From Peptococcaceae bacterium UBA5318 (GTDB taxonomy: Bacteria; Bacillota; Peptococcia; DRI-13; UBA5318): 64,000 nucleotides of DNA. The number at the start of each line of letters is the position of its first letter. Positions within the stretch are counted from its first letter, which is position 1. The position numbers were made by a program, and so were the translations under genes. The notes below the pieces were generated by a model. It was not told where the DNA came from, ran no database searches, and saw only the letters and a list, made by a program, of their open reading frames with translations. The stretch lies in NCBI GenBank assembly GCA_002408285.1, contig DHRG01000062.1, positions 19,921 through 83,920 on the forward strand. The letters are read 5' to 3'. Positions 53,301 through 63,706 of this stretch are shown here, piece by piece.

Positions 53301-53415
53301 GTTATGACTTGGCACAAAGTTATGACCGGACATATTGACACTGAAAGAAAAATTGGGCTATAATGACATATATGGGCTTTGCTAAATACGATAGTCTAGG
53401 GGGAAAGTTTTTCGG

Positions 53416-53823
53416 ATGTCAATTGCTATAGGGACTATACTAGAAGGAACTGTTACAGGTATTACCCCTTTCGGGGCTTTTATTGAGTTGCCGGGAGGCG
53501 TAACGGGATTGGTTCATATTTCGGAAGTAGCGGACGCATATGTAAAAGACGTCAAAGATTACTTGAAAGACCAGGATAAGATTAAAGTAAAAGTCATTAA
53601 CATTGACCCGAAAGGAAAAATTGGACTATCGATTAAACAAGTAAACTCTGTGGTAAGCAGTAGTTCCTCCCGTGAGGTCCGGAGAGATCGCGGAAGGATG
53701 GCTCCTCAGTTGTCCTTTGAGGATAAATTGGCTAAATTCATGAAGGAAAGCGATGAGAGGTTATTGGAATTTAAACGCAGCACTGATGCGAAACGGGGAG
53801 GACGGGGATCCGGCCGTTACTGA
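53416..53823 (+). CDS. yabR: S1-domain RNA-binding protein YabR
   Basis: GTVTGITPFGAFIEL...GLVHISEVA...FEDKLAKFMKESDER. Confidence 0.92.
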   Translation: MSIAIGTILEGTVTGITPFGAFIELPGGVTGLVHISEVADAYVKDVKDYLKDQDKIKVKVINIDPKGKIGLSIKQVNSVVSSSSSREVRRDRGRMAPQLSFEDKLAKFMKESDERLLEFKRSTDAKRGGRGSGRY

Positions 53824-53872
53824 ATGAATTCGAAAAAAGATGCACTCCTATTATAAGGAGTGCTTTTTACTT

Positions 53873-53910
53873 ACTGTTCAATCCTGATAAAACTGTTCAA
53901 TCCTGATAAA
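53873..53910 (+). repeat. Perfect 19-bp tandem duplication
   Basis: ACTGTTCAATCCTGATAAA twice. Confidence 0.95.
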
Positions 53911-53926
53911 TAGGGAGGGGAAAAAA

Positions 53927-54817
53927 ATGTGGGCGGCCATGGACATAGGAACAAACTCTTGCCGGCTTTTAATTGCCAATCCCACCAGAAGCGGCAAACT
54001 GAATACAGTAGTAAAACTACTGCGGACTACCAGGATTGGTCAGGGGCTGTGCCCTCAGGAAAACTTCCTTCGGCAGGAGGCTATGGACAGAACCCTGGAG
54101 GCTTTGCGGGAATACGACAGTGTGATCCGAAAATACCCGGTCGCGGAAATCCAACTGATCGCGACACAAGCAGTTAGAGAGGCTGAAAACGGGAATTCCC
54201 TGGTTGGCGTGATAAAAGAAAGGTTTGGCTGGGAACTTCAAATCGTATCCGGCCGGCGGGAGGCTTGGTTAAGCTATCTGGGAGCTTCCGGCGGACTGAC
54301 GGAGGCGGACAACCCTTTGATCGTCGATATCGGCGGCGGGAGTACCGAATTGATCGTTATGGACCGCGCAAACCGTCTAAAGGCTGTCAGTATACCTCTG
54401 GGGGCTTTAAAACTTTATGAAAAACCCCTGGCGGACAAAGAATTAAAAAGGTTATTTGCCGATAAAATCAAAGATTTCCCACAGGACCCCGGCATCCGTA
54501 TTGTGGGCGTCGGGGGGACTTGTACCAGCATTGCCGCTATTTTACTGGCGCTAAAAGTTTACGATGCCCAAAAAGTACAGGGCTTTACGATGAGTGCCGA
54601 TGATATCCGTAATGTTTATAGGAAACTTATAAACCTTCAGCCTTTGGAGCGTCTTACTATTGCGGGAGTCTATCCGGGCCGCGAGGATATTATTACCGAG
54701 GGTATCCGCATTTTGCTGACCATCCTGGCAATCTTCCGGAAAAAGGATATATTGGTCAGTGACCAGGATTTATTGCAGGGACTTATGTATGAAAAGATGA
54801 CTGATTTGCCAAGCTAA
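53927..54817 (+). CDS. Ppx/GppA phosphatase family protein
   Basis: DIGTNSCRL, ATQAVREA.N, DIGGGSTE, GVGGT. Confidence 0.93.
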   Translation: MWAAMDIGTNSCRLLIANPTRSGKLNTVVKLLRTTRIGQGLCPQENFLRQEAMDRTLEALREYDSVIRKYPVAEIQLIATQAVREAENGNSLVGVIKERFGWELQIVSGRREAWLSYLGASGGLTEADNPLIVDIGGGSTELIVMDRANRLKAVSIPLGALKLYEKPLADKELKRLFADKIKDFPQDPGIRIVGVGGTCTSIAAILLALKVYDAQKVQGFTMSADDIRNVYRKLINLQPLERLTIAGVYPGREDIITEGIRILLTILAIFRKKDILVSDQDLLQGLMYEKMTDLPS

Positions 54818-54836
54818 GAAATGAGGGGGTGACGCT

Positions 54837-54992
54837 TTGAAGCCCGATAATGCGGAAGAAAATTTTAAATGCTCCCAATGCGGAACAGTATTTTCCCGTA
54901 GCGACTCAAGGAATACGGAATGTCCTGTTTGCGGTTTCTTCTGTACGGCAGAGAGTTGTCCCAGCTTTGGGGCATCTAACGAAGGATACTAA
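54837..54992 (+). CDS. 51-aa Cys-rich zinc-ribbon/rubredoxin-like protein (not in ORF track)
   Basis: TTG start after GAGGGGGTG; MKPDNAEENFKCSQCGTVFSRSDSRNTECPVCGFFCTAESCPSFGASNEGY. Confidence 0.75.
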   Translation: MKPDNAEENFKCSQCGTVFSRSDSRNTECPVCGFFCTAESCPSFGASNEGY

Positions 54993-55074
54993 AAGAGCGC
55001 CTGGGAGGGCGCTTTTCCTATTCACCATTTATTTTTGCCCACATACCATAATAAGAAATAACTAAGGAGTGGTT

Positions 55075-56103
55075 GTGTTGGGAATGGTGTTTGGGGTACA
55101 TGGCTCCAGGTCGAAACCTGGCAGGCTGGAAGTAGAAGGGCTGCCCCCCCAGATTTTGACCGAATACAATCTGAACCCTCATTCCTGGGAGAAAAATAGT
55201 TCTACTTGGCGGATCACATCAGATCAAGGCGGGGTAATTATCGGGTTGTATGACGGGGATAGCGGCCGACTTGATACGGTCCTGAGATGGCAGGAATCCT
55301 CAGCGTCACAGGGAAGCGCGGCGGTGCTCCGGCCCTTGAAAACAAGAACCGGCAAACACACCGCGGTTTTGGAAAAGAGTGTTTATTATGCTTTGGCCAA
55401 ACCGGACGGAGAAGTATTTAAACCCGGGCATAAAAACAATCTTTTAGTTTGTGCCCAAGAGCTGGGACTTGTTCATCATATGACGCGGGATTTCCTGGCG
55501 GAGGAACCTTTTTTCTTTGACTGGCCTAAGCTTATTCAGGAACGATTAACTGACCTTCTGACATATTCTCATTGGCTTAAAAAGAAAAGGGCGCAAACTG
55601 ATTTTGAGCACCTTTATCTGGAAAGCTTGGATTTTTTCTATAACCAAGGGCAGGAAGCCATTCAGCACATGGTTTTAGCAACTGTCGGCGGGGAGATGGA
55701 TCACCGGCAAGCTTTGTTGATTAATACATTTCTCAAACAAACCCTGATGCCGGCGGATGAAAAGGTTTATTTTCTTGATCTTACCCGTTGGACAAAAGGC
55801 CCCCGGATGATGGATCTGGCGCTGTTTTTGAATAGTTACATGCCTTTGCATAAGTGGGATTTGGCGTTACTTCTGGATATTATGCAACAATATCAAAGAA
55901 ATGAGGGATTAAACCGCCGGGAAAAGCATTTGTTAGTGGCTTTGCTGCGCTTTCCAAGCCGTTTCTGGCTCTATGCCCGGCAGTATTTTTGCGGGGACCG
56001 GCCGCCCCATGAATTAGCGGAGAAGCTTAAAAATTACCGTTATGAGTGCTGCGAAAGAGATAAATGCCTGGATCTTTTTGAAGAACAATTATGGAAGGAG
56101 TGA
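55075..56103 (+). CDS. CotS/YutH/YsxE-like spore-coat kinase-fold protein
   Basis: CAQELGLVH, VYFLDL...MDLALFL, LLRFPSRFW pattern; CACC-N15-CATACCATA mother-cell-type promoter upstream. Confidence 0.7.
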   Translation: MLGMVFGVHGSRSKPGRLEVEGLPPQILTEYNLNPHSWEKNSSTWRITSDQGGVIIGLYDGDSGRLDTVLRWQESSASQGSAAVLRPLKTRTGKHTAVLEKSVYYALAKPDGEVFKPGHKNNLLVCAQELGLVHHMTRDFLAEEPFFFDWPKLIQERLTDLLTYSHWLKKKRAQTDFEHLYLESLDFFYNQGQEAIQHMVLATVGGEMDHRQALLINTFLKQTLMPADEKVYFLDLTRWTKGPRMMDLALFLNSYMPLHKWDLALLLDIMQQYQRNEGLNRREKHLLVALLRFPSRFWLYARQYFCGDRPPHELAEKLKNYRYECCERDKCLDLFEEQLWKE

Positions 56104-56109
56104 GGAGTT

Positions 56110-57285
56110 ATGACGGAAATAAAAAAACAAGTCACTCTGGAGTTAGATGCCCTGAGCGCTCCCTGGCAAACCGTCGAGGGGGATTGTGAATCCTGGATTA
56201 TTCTACGCCGGAAAATAGTTGTACCAAAAGAAATCACCATGCCAAAAGGCGCCTCCGGGGTGGAATCCAGTTGGGAAACCCTTTATCAGGAAGAAGAAAA
56301 GCGGCTGTATAGCGGCAGTATCGCCCTAAAGTTATATTACCAGGGAATAAGCGTTGAGGAGGTTGCTAAAAATTTTAGAGAAGCGGATGAAGAAGAATCC
56401 CTTTGCCGCGAACTTCTGATACTTCCTGAAAAAAAGATTGAGTTTCCGCAGCAAACAGGCCCGGAGGAGTTGAACAGTTTCCCCAGCCTTCTGACAGATA
56501 AAATGGAATTCGAGCAGTTAAATCCCGACCAAGAGCAGGCCGGTGAGGCCGTACGGGTGGAAATACCTTGGCAGACCTGGGTTTTTGGGAAAGGAAAAGA
56601 AACAAGTCCCCAAATTGTCAAGATTCATTTGGCCCAAATTGGTTTACATACCTTTTTACTGGAGTTGCTCATGCAAATCGAGCTGGAAACGGAGATGGTG
56701 ACTAAGAAAATGCCGCAGGAGGGGTTTGCCCTGACGCCCAAAGAAGAAATGCTCTTGATCCTTCCGGAAGAAAACGCGGAACAGATCCTGGGCGTCGCTA
56801 TTCAGAGGGCCTTATGCAAAAGCAGGGGGGAGGCAGACTCCAAAATACTGATAATGGAAAGTCTTCAAAAAACGAGCGTGATTTTCGTAAGTAAAACCCA
56901 AGGGAGAGAACGGTTCCTAACCGCCTCTGTTATTCAAACCGAAAGAAACAGAATACCTTTAGCCTCTTTGCCTTTGGTTCAGCCGGCCCATTATCATTTT
57001 TATAAACAAGGATTTAATTACTTACAGCTTGACGGCAACAAAATATTATGTAAAAGTCAATTCCTTTGGGGCGTTGATTTTTGGTTGCCCCAACAAAAAA
57101 GGGTGCGAGGGAGTAACGCAAAAGATATGGTCAAGGCGCCGGCGGCGGCGGCGGCGGAGATGGTTCCCGTCATAATGGCCCGTCCGAAACCGGGTGAAAA
57201 ATGGTTCAAAAAAAGCGGTAAAACAGGTAAAATTTCCGCAAAAAGCCAGTATCATTCGTCAATCAAGCTGATCTTGTCGAAATAA
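56110..57285 (+). CDS. Hypothetical protein, possibly spore-coat morphogenetic
   Basis: 391-aa ORF with GAGGAG RBS, tightly coupled to the CotS-like gene. Confidence 0.65.
   Translation: MTEIKKQVTLELDALSAPWQTVEGDCESWIILRRKIVVPKEITMPKGASGVESSWETLYQEEEKRLYSGSIALKLYYQGISVEEVAKNFREADEEESLCRELLILPEKKIEFPQQTGPEELNSFPSLLTDKMEFEQLNPDQEQAGEAVRVEIPWQTWVFGKGKETSPQIVKIHLAQIGLHTFLLELLMQIELETEMVTKKMPQEGFALTPKEEMLLILPEENAEQILGVAIQRALCKSRGEADSKILIMESLQKTSVIFVSKTQGRERFLTASVIQTERNRIPLASLPLVQPAHYHFYKQGFNYLQLDGNKILCKSQFLWGVDFWLPQQKRVRGSNAKDMVKAPAAAAAEMVPVIMARPKPGEKWFKKSGKTGKISAKSQYHSSIKLILSK
57275..57281 (+). promoter_or_regulatory. Spo0A box upstream of spoIIE
   Basis: TGTCGAA about 100 bp before spoIIE, a known Spo0A target in Bacillus and Clostridium. 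Confidence 0.6.
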
Positions 57286-57377
57286 AAATCGAGGCGCCGA
57301 CATAAACTACCAAATTATTCCATTAGGATGATATATAATGGGAATAGTTCTTTTTGGCAAGGTGGTGACAGTGGGTT

Positions 57378-59708
57378 TTGAAAGCTTTGTCCAGATCACT
57401 TCCGCTCAACCAATTATTTTGGTTAAAAATAGTCAGGATTCCCCGGCTGACGCATTTTGGTACTTTTCTCCTTGGCTTTCTGCTGGCAAAAGCAGTTTTG
57501 CTGGGGGAGCTTCATCCTTTTGGTATTAGTTTTTTGGCTGCGGTATGTGTTTCTCATGCGGGTTTGCGCAAAGCGGCTTTGGCAGGGGTTGCCCTAGGGA
57601 CATGTTTCATAGCCGGCGGTTTTTTGCTGGGCGCTTATCTGGCGGGTGTTTTATTGCTGTATTTTGTTTTAAGTCATGCTAAAACAACGCTCCATTGGTA
57701 TACGGCTCCGAGCTTGGTAGTGGCTATTTTGCTGTTGGTAAGAGGGATCGGGGTCTTCTTAACAGGAAATGAGATTTATAATTGGATCGGGATCCTTTTT
57801 GAAAGTTTTTTTGCCGGGATTTTGACGCTTGTAAGCATTACCGGCTTACAAGCCTGTCCGCGGGTTATACAAGGGGATACGCTGTCGGCGGAGGAAAGGA
57901 CAAGCCTGGGACTTTTAATGCTGGGCGGATTATTAGGTATCGATCAGGCCGGCTTGCTGGGAGTCGGGTTCCAGAGCATTTTAGCGCGTTTATTAGTTTT
58001 ATGCGCCGCACTGTTGGGCGGCCCCGGGGGCGGAGCAGCCGTGGGAGTGGGGGTCGGCTTATTACCCAGTATCCAGGGGAATCTAACGACCGGACCGATT
58101 GCCTATTATGCCTTAGCGGGATTACTGGGCGGAGTGTTCAATAGTTTCCGGAAATCCGGAGTGGTCATTGGTTTTACCATGGCAAATCTTTTGTTGTCCC
58201 TTTTTTTTTCAGAGCAGGCGCTTATTATGCAAAGCTTAAAGGAAACGGGGCTCGCTATAATCCTGTTTGCTATCCTTTCTTTCCCGCAGGAAAGAAATCG
58301 TCCTGAAACAGAAAACGCCGCGCTCCCAAAAACGGACCGGCTGCGGACCGTGGGCGAACGTCTTAGAAAAACCGGCCTGATCTTCACAGAGATAGACAAA
58401 GTGTTTTCTGTTTCCAAGGAAAAGAAACCGGAAAAAAATGAATTGAGTGGGTTATTTAATAAGGTGGCTTCCCAGGTTTGCGAGGGCTGCAGCTTACGCC
58501 GTACTTGCTGGGAACAGGATTTTTATAAAACCTATCGTGCGTTGATGGAAGCCTGTACGAAAATGGAAAAGAACGGGATCGCCCATGAAAACGACTTCGG
58601 TACAGATCTTAAAAGGAGATGCATCCGCTTGCGGGAATTAGGCATGGCTCTAAATTCCCAGCAGGAATTGCTGAAAATAATCAAACTCTATGAGAAACAA
58701 TTGGAGAGTTGTCATACCCTGATAAATACCCAACTTAAAGGCTTAACTAAGATCGTTGAGGATCTGTCCCGGGAAATATCCCTTGAAGAGGCGCTCAGTA
58801 TAGACGCGGAAAGAGCTGTATTGCAACACCTTAAGGATAATGGCATTCAAGCGGAGAAGGTAAAAGTACTGGCATTAAATACAGGGGAGAAGGAGGTGGT
58901 TTTGACCCAATCCGTCTGCCCCGATAAAAACTGGTGTAAATCCATGGTGGCCCCCAATGTTTCCCAGGTATTAGGAAAGCCTTATCAGCTACAGGAACAA
59001 AACATGTGCTTTCACAAAGGAAACGGCGGGTGCGTCTATCGCTTAATACCAGCTTGTGCGTTACAGATCAACGTAGGGAAAGCTCAATGTCCTAAAGAAG
59101 GAGCCGCTATTTCCGGGGATGTATGCGCTTCGTTTCATCTTCCCGATCATCAGTACGTCTTGGTTATGAGCGACGGGATGGGAACCGGAAAAGAGGCATG
59201 TGCGGAAAGCACCGCAGCCATCCAACTATTAGAAAAAATGTTGGCAGGAGGATTTTCAGTCCATACTGCTGTCAAAACTATCAATACAGTTCTCTTTTTA
59301 CGGTCAGGAAAAGAATGTTTTGCCACTTTGGACCTTATCATAATCAATTTAGTAAACGGACAGGCAGAGTTCGTCAAGATTGGAGGGGCTCCGTCGATCA
59401 TTTATTCGGAGAACGGGATAAAAGTCGTGAAAGCCAATGCGCCGCCGGTGGGGATCCTGGATATGGTAGATATGCAGATAACCCGCTATTATCTAGGGCC
59501 TGACCAGTTAATTATTATGATGAGCGATGGGGTATGGGAAGCAATTTATAGTGCGGGCGCTCCGCCTGATTGGATCGGAAAAATCCTGAAAAAGACCAGC
59601 CTGACCGATCCCCAGCAAATTGCCGCTTATCTTCTGTTGTTAGCCAAAAAAGCTTACGGGAATCAGGCCAAAGACGATATGTGTGTACAAGTTGCCCGGA
59701 TCGACTAA
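57378..59708 (+). CDS. spoIIE: Stage II sporulation protein E
   Basis: Multi-TM N-terminus (HPFGISF), VCEGC..RRTCW, PP2C domain SGD, SDGMGTG, ATLDL, MSDG, DDM. Confidence 0.96.
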   Translation: MKALSRSLPLNQLFWLKIVRIPRLTHFGTFLLGFLLAKAVLLGELHPFGISFLAAVCVSHAGLRKAALAGVALGTCFIAGGFLLGAYLAGVLLLYFVLSHAKTTLHWYTAPSLVVAILLLVRGIGVFLTGNEIYNWIGILFESFFAGILTLVSITGLQACPRVIQGDTLSAEERTSLGLLMLGGLLGIDQAGLLGVGFQSILARLLVLCAALLGGPGGGAAVGVGVGLLPSIQGNLTTGPIAYYALAGLLGGVFNSFRKSGVVIGFTMANLLLSLFFSEQALIMQSLKETGLAIILFAILSFPQERNRPETENAALPKTDRLRTVGERLRKTGLIFTEIDKVFSVSKEKKPEKNELSGLFNKVASQVCEGCSLRRTCWEQDFYKTYRALMEACTKMEKNGIAHENDFGTDLKRRCIRLRELGMALNSQQELLKIIKLYEKQLESCHTLINTQLKGLTKIVEDLSREISLEEALSIDAERAVLQHLKDNGIQAEKVKVLALNTGEKEVVLTQSVCPDKNWCKSMVAPNVSQVLGKPYQLQEQNMCFHKGNGGCVYRLIPACALQINVGKAQCPKEGAAISGDVCASFHLPDHQYVLVMSDGMGTGKEACAESTAAIQLLEKMLAGGFSVHTAVKTINTVLFLRSGKECFATLDLIIINLVNGQAEFVKIGGAPSIIYSENGIKVVKANAPPVGILDMVDMQITRYYLGPDQLIIMMSDGVWEAIYSAGAPPDWIGKILKKTSLTDPQQIAAYLLLLAKKAYGNQAKDDMCVQVARID

Positions 59709-59832
59709 AGAAGGGATCGGGTAAAAATGTTAAAGAACAGAAAAAAGGGAATCCTTTTAGAAGGACTCCTTTTTTCTTTGTAGAAAAGGTAAATTAGCAC
59801 TAAAATATGATAGAAATGAACAAGGTTGCAGG

Positions 59833-61254
59833 ATGTTAGATTTGATGACCCGGGTACGGGATACTATTCAACGATATGAGATGATCGCAGCAGACGAGTT
59901 GGTTATTGCCGGTGTATCGGGAGGGCCCGATTCCCTGACGATGCTGTATCTTCTTAAAGAATTGGCCCAGGAATTACACTTTCAAGTCCATGTGGCTCAT
60001 CTGGATCATTCCTTTCGTGGGAAAGAGGCCGAGGAGGAGGCTCGCTGGATTAAAGAAACTGCCCGGGACTGGGGATTGCGCTGCACTTTAGCCAAGCGGG
60101 ATGTTCCCGCCTTGGCTAAAGAAAAGGGTTTATCACCGGAGGATGCGGGACGCTTGGCCCGACAGGAGTTTTTTTTAGAATTGGCGCATACTATGAAAGC
60201 CCGAAAGATTGCTTTAGGCCACCAAGCCGATGACCAGGCTGAAACTGTTTTGATGCATTTTTTGATAGGCTCGGGGTTGCAGGGCTTACAGGGAATTTTA
60301 CCTGTTCGGGGGCCCTTTATCCGGCCTCTGCTTTTCATAAAAAGGAAGGAAATAGAAGAGTTTTGCCGCCAAAGGGGCTTAGAAGCCCGGAAAGACCCCA
60401 GTAATCGTGAAAACATCTATTTACGAAACAGGATCCGCAACCAACTCATGCCGTGGCTGCTGGAGAATATTAATCCAAACCTGGTGGATACCTTAAACAG
60501 AAATGCTCATGTTCTCGCCGCCGACGAGGCCTTTCTGCAGGAAAAAACCAGGGAAATAATCAAGCGATACATTACTGCATCTGAGGATCAAGCCGTTTTC
60601 TCCCTTCATAAATGGGACACTATACCTCTTTCCTTACAGAGGCGGCTGATCAGGCATGCCTGGATGCTGATCGGGCAAAAACAAGGGCTGACGTATCTGC
60701 ATGTAGAGGAAATCCGCCGCTTGGCCGACGGAGGGCAAGTCGGGAAAATGCTGCATTTACCGGGGAAAACTGTCGTGGAGAAAAATTACGGGAGCTTGAT
60801 CTTTTATCCGCGGAAGAAAACAAAAAAGCCGGATCCCATTATGGAAAGACAATTGGCGATCCCCGGGGAAACCTTTATTCCCGAAACCCGACAGGTTATA
60901 GTAGCCAAAATAAGCTCTTGCGTACCCGAAAGCCTCGATAATCAGAGCATTTATCTTCCCTGGCGGGGGATGCCGCCTAAGCTTTACAGCAGGTCACGCA
61001 GAGAGGGTGATCGTTTCTCACCCAGGGGACTGCATGGAAGCAAAAAATTAAAAGATTACTATATCGAAAAAAAGATACCCCAAAAAAACCGCGACAGGAT
61101 TTTGCTGATTGCGGACGACCGGGAGGTGATATGGGTTCCGGGCTGGGGCGTCGGCGGTAAATGTAACACTATCGAAGAAAACGCGCACTATGTAACTTTA
61201 AGCGTTGTGGATATTATGAATAAGCCGGATCTTGGCGCCGGAAAGACCGAATAA
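59833..61254 (+). CDS. tilS: tRNA(Ile)-lysidine synthetase
   Basis: GVSGGPDS, HQADDQAET, IRPLL, DPSN...RNRIR. Confidence 0.97.
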   Translation: MLDLMTRVRDTIQRYEMIAADELVIAGVSGGPDSLTMLYLLKELAQELHFQVHVAHLDHSFRGKEAEEEARWIKETARDWGLRCTLAKRDVPALAKEKGLSPEDAGRLARQEFFLELAHTMKARKIALGHQADDQAETVLMHFLIGSGLQGLQGILPVRGPFIRPLLFIKRKEIEEFCRQRGLEARKDPSNRENIYLRNRIRNQLMPWLLENINPNLVDTLNRNAHVLAADEAFLQEKTREIIKRYITASEDQAVFSLHKWDTIPLSLQRRLIRHAWMLIGQKQGLTYLHVEEIRRLADGGQVGKMLHLPGKTVVEKNYGSLIFYPRKKTKKPDPIMERQLAIPGETFIPETRQVIVAKISSCVPESLDNQSIYLPWRGMPPKLYSRSRREGDRFSPRGLHGSKKLKDYYIEKKIPQKNRDRILLIADDREVIWVPGWGVGGKCNTIEENAHYVTLSVVDIMNKPDLGAGKTE

Positions 61255-61364
61255 GTTTGAAAAAAAACTCAAAATGTGGTAAAATATACTGGTATCCAAA
61301 AAATCATACTGGGAAAGCCATTGTTAATATGATGAAATAGTAGAACCACGGAAGGAGGAAACCT

Positions 61365-63212
61365 GTGAACCGTATTTTTAAAAATTTAGCAATTTACTTA
61401 TTGATTGTTATGATTTTGGTTTCCATCTTTCAGCAGCTTGGTACACAACCAACGGGTGAAGATATTTTTGATAATGATTACGTAGCTTTTTATAAAGCGT
61501 TAGAAAATGGTCAGATCCAAACCGTCAAAATTATTCAAGAAGAAAGTACCCGGAAGATCTCCGGAACCATGAAGAATGGCAAGTCTTTCGAACTGAACGG
61601 CCCTCATGATGATGATAAGCTCATTGAACTGATCAAAACCAAGGACATCCTGTATTCTCAGGAGCCTGCGCCGAAACCGCCCTGGTGGGCGAGTTTATTA
61701 ACCACGTTTCTCCCTATTATTATTTTGGTAGGCCTGATGTTCTTTATAATGCAACAGACTCAAGGCGGGGGCAACCGGGTCATGCAGTTCGGTAAAAGCA
61801 AAGCAAAGTTGCATACCGATGATAAAAAGCGTATAACATTTGCCGATGCCGCCGGGGTTGATGAAGCCAAAGAAGAGTTGGGGGAAGTTGTAGAGTTCCT
61901 CAAGCATCCCAAAAAGTTCACCGAACTAGGCGCCAAGATACCCAAGGGCGTCCTGCTTTTTGGGTCCCCCGGCACAGGGAAAACTCTATTAGCCCGAGCC
62001 ATTGCGGGGGAAGCCGGCGTTCCGTTTTTTAGCATCAGCGGTTCTGATTTTGTCGAAATGTTTGTAGGTGTCGGCGCATCGAGAGTCAGGGATTTATTCG
62101 AGCAGGCGAAAAAGAATTCCCCCTGTATCGTATTTATTGATGAAATCGATGCGGTAGGACGTCAGCGTGGAGCCGGACTGGGCGGAGGACACGATGAGCG
62201 TGAACAGACTTTGAACCAATTGCTGGTTGAAATGGATGGCTTCAGCGTGAACGAGGGAATCATCATTGTCGCCGCCACAAACCGCCCCGATATTTTAGAT
62301 CCGGCCTTATTACGCCCGGGCCGTTTTGACAGACAAATTGTCGTAGATATCCCCGATGTGAAAGGCCGCCAGGAGATTTTGCAAGTCCATTCCAAGGGGA
62401 AACCGTTGGACGAAGATGTGAACTTAGATGTGATTGCCAGGCGGACGCCGGGGTTTACCGGGGCGGATTTAGCCAACTTATTTAATGAAGCGGCCCTTTT
62501 AGCGGCTCGCCGTGATAGAACGAAGGTCAGTATGGATGAGATGGAAGATTCCATCGAACGGGTCATTGCCGGACCGGAAAAGAAAGCCCGGACGATGAGT
62601 GAGTTCGAAAAGAAACTGGTTTCCTATCATGAGGCCGGGCATGCTTTGGTGGCGGAACTCCTTCCTCATACGGACCCCTTGCATAAAGTTTCTATCATTC
62701 CGCGTGGCCGTGCAGGCGGCTATACGTTGCTTTTGCCGAAAGAAGACCGTCATTATATGACCAAATCCCAGCTCCTGAATCAAGTGACGATGCTGCTGGG
62801 CGGACGGATGGCTGAGAAGCTGGTCCTCAACGAGATCAGTACCGGCGCCCAAAATGACTTGGAAAGAGCGACGGATCTCGTTCGTAAAATGATTACCGAA
62901 TATGGCATGTCCGATGAATTGGGGCCGCTGACCTTTGGCCGCAAGCAGGAACAAGTCTTTTTAGGGCGGGATTTCTCACGGGACAGGAACTACTCCGATG
63001 CGGTAGCCTATTCCATTGACAAAGAGGCCCGACACATCATTGATGAATGTTATAAAGAAGCGGAACGGCTGCTTAGAGAAAACAGTGAAACTCTGAATCT
63101 GATCGCCCATACACTGATGGAAAAAGAAACTATTGAAGCCCAGGAATTTGCGGAACTCATTAAAGGATCCGGCTTGTATAAGCCTGGTCCGGAAGACAGC
63201 CCCAAAGAGTGA
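61365..63212 (+). CDS. ftsH: ATP-dependent zinc metalloprotease FtsH
   Basis: Two TM segments, [28 protein letters not shown]. Confidence 0.98.
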   Translation: MNRIFKNLAIYLLIVMILVSIFQQLGTQPTGEDIFDNDYVAFYKALENGQIQTVKIIQEESTRKISGTMKNGKSFELNGPHDDDKLIELIKTKDILYSQEPAPKPPWWASLLTTFLPIIILVGLMFFIMQQTQGGGNRVMQFGKSKAKLHTDDKKRITFADAAGVDEAKEELGEVVEFLKHPKKFTELGAKIPKGVLLFGSPGTGKTLLARAIAGEAGVPFFSISGSDFVEMFVGVGASRVRDLFEQAKKNSPCIVFIDEIDAVGRQRGAGLGGGHDEREQTLNQLLVEMDGFSVNEGIIIVAATNRPDILDPALLRPGRFDRQIVVDIPDVKGRQEILQVHSKGKPLDEDVNLDVIARRTPGFTGADLANLFNEAALLAARRDRTKVSMDEMEDSIERVIAGPEKKARTMSEFEKKLVSYHEAGHALVAELLPHTDPLHKVSIIPRGRAGGYTLLLPKEDRHYMTKSQLLNQVTMLLGGRMAEKLVLNEISTGAQNDLERATDLVRKMITEYGMSDELGPLTFGRKQEQVFLGRDFSRDRNYSDAVAYSIDKEARHIIDECYKEAERLLRENSETLNLIAHTLMEKETIEAQEFAELIKGSGLYKPGPEDSPKE

Positions 63213-63307
63213 CTGGATGGATTTAGCGCAAGTAAAGAGCTGACTGCAAAGGCTATTGATATCATGGTATCAATAGCCTTTTAGTAAACAATGAAGGGGG
63301 TTTGGTG

Positions 63308-63700
63308 ATGGAATTTAACATAAGGCCCGGTTTAAGCATGGAAAAAAGTGAACGGGTAACAAATGATAATACTGCTAATAAGTATGCCAGCGGCGGCGTC
63401 GAGGTATATGCCACTCCGGCTATGATCGGATTGATGGAAAACGCTGCCTACTCATGTGTTCAAAGCGGTCTGCCGGAAGGCTGGTCCACTGTAGGGACGG
63501 CCTTGGACGTGAAGCATCTGGCCGCCACGCCGGTAGGTCTTACTGTAACTGCCAGAGCAGAAGTCGCCGTAGTGGAAGGGCGCAGGCTGTTGTTTAAGGT
63601 AGAAGCTTTTGATAACCGGGAAAAAATTGGCGAAGGAACCCATGAACGGTTTATCATCAATTTAGATAAGTTTTTGGGCCGCGTTAAAAGTAAACAATAA
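63308..63700 (+). CDS. Fluoroacetyl-CoA thioesterase-like hotdog-fold protein
   Basis: VYATPAMIGLMENAA, TVGT.LDVKHLAATPVG, IGEGTHERFII. Confidence 0.9.
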   Translation: MEFNIRPGLSMEKSERVTNDNTANKYASGGVEVYATPAMIGLMENAAYSCVQSGLPEGWSTVGTALDVKHLAATPVGLTVTARAEVAVVEGRRLLFKVEAFDNREKIGEGTHERFIINLDKFLGRVKSKQ

Positions 63701-63706
63701 AAGTAA

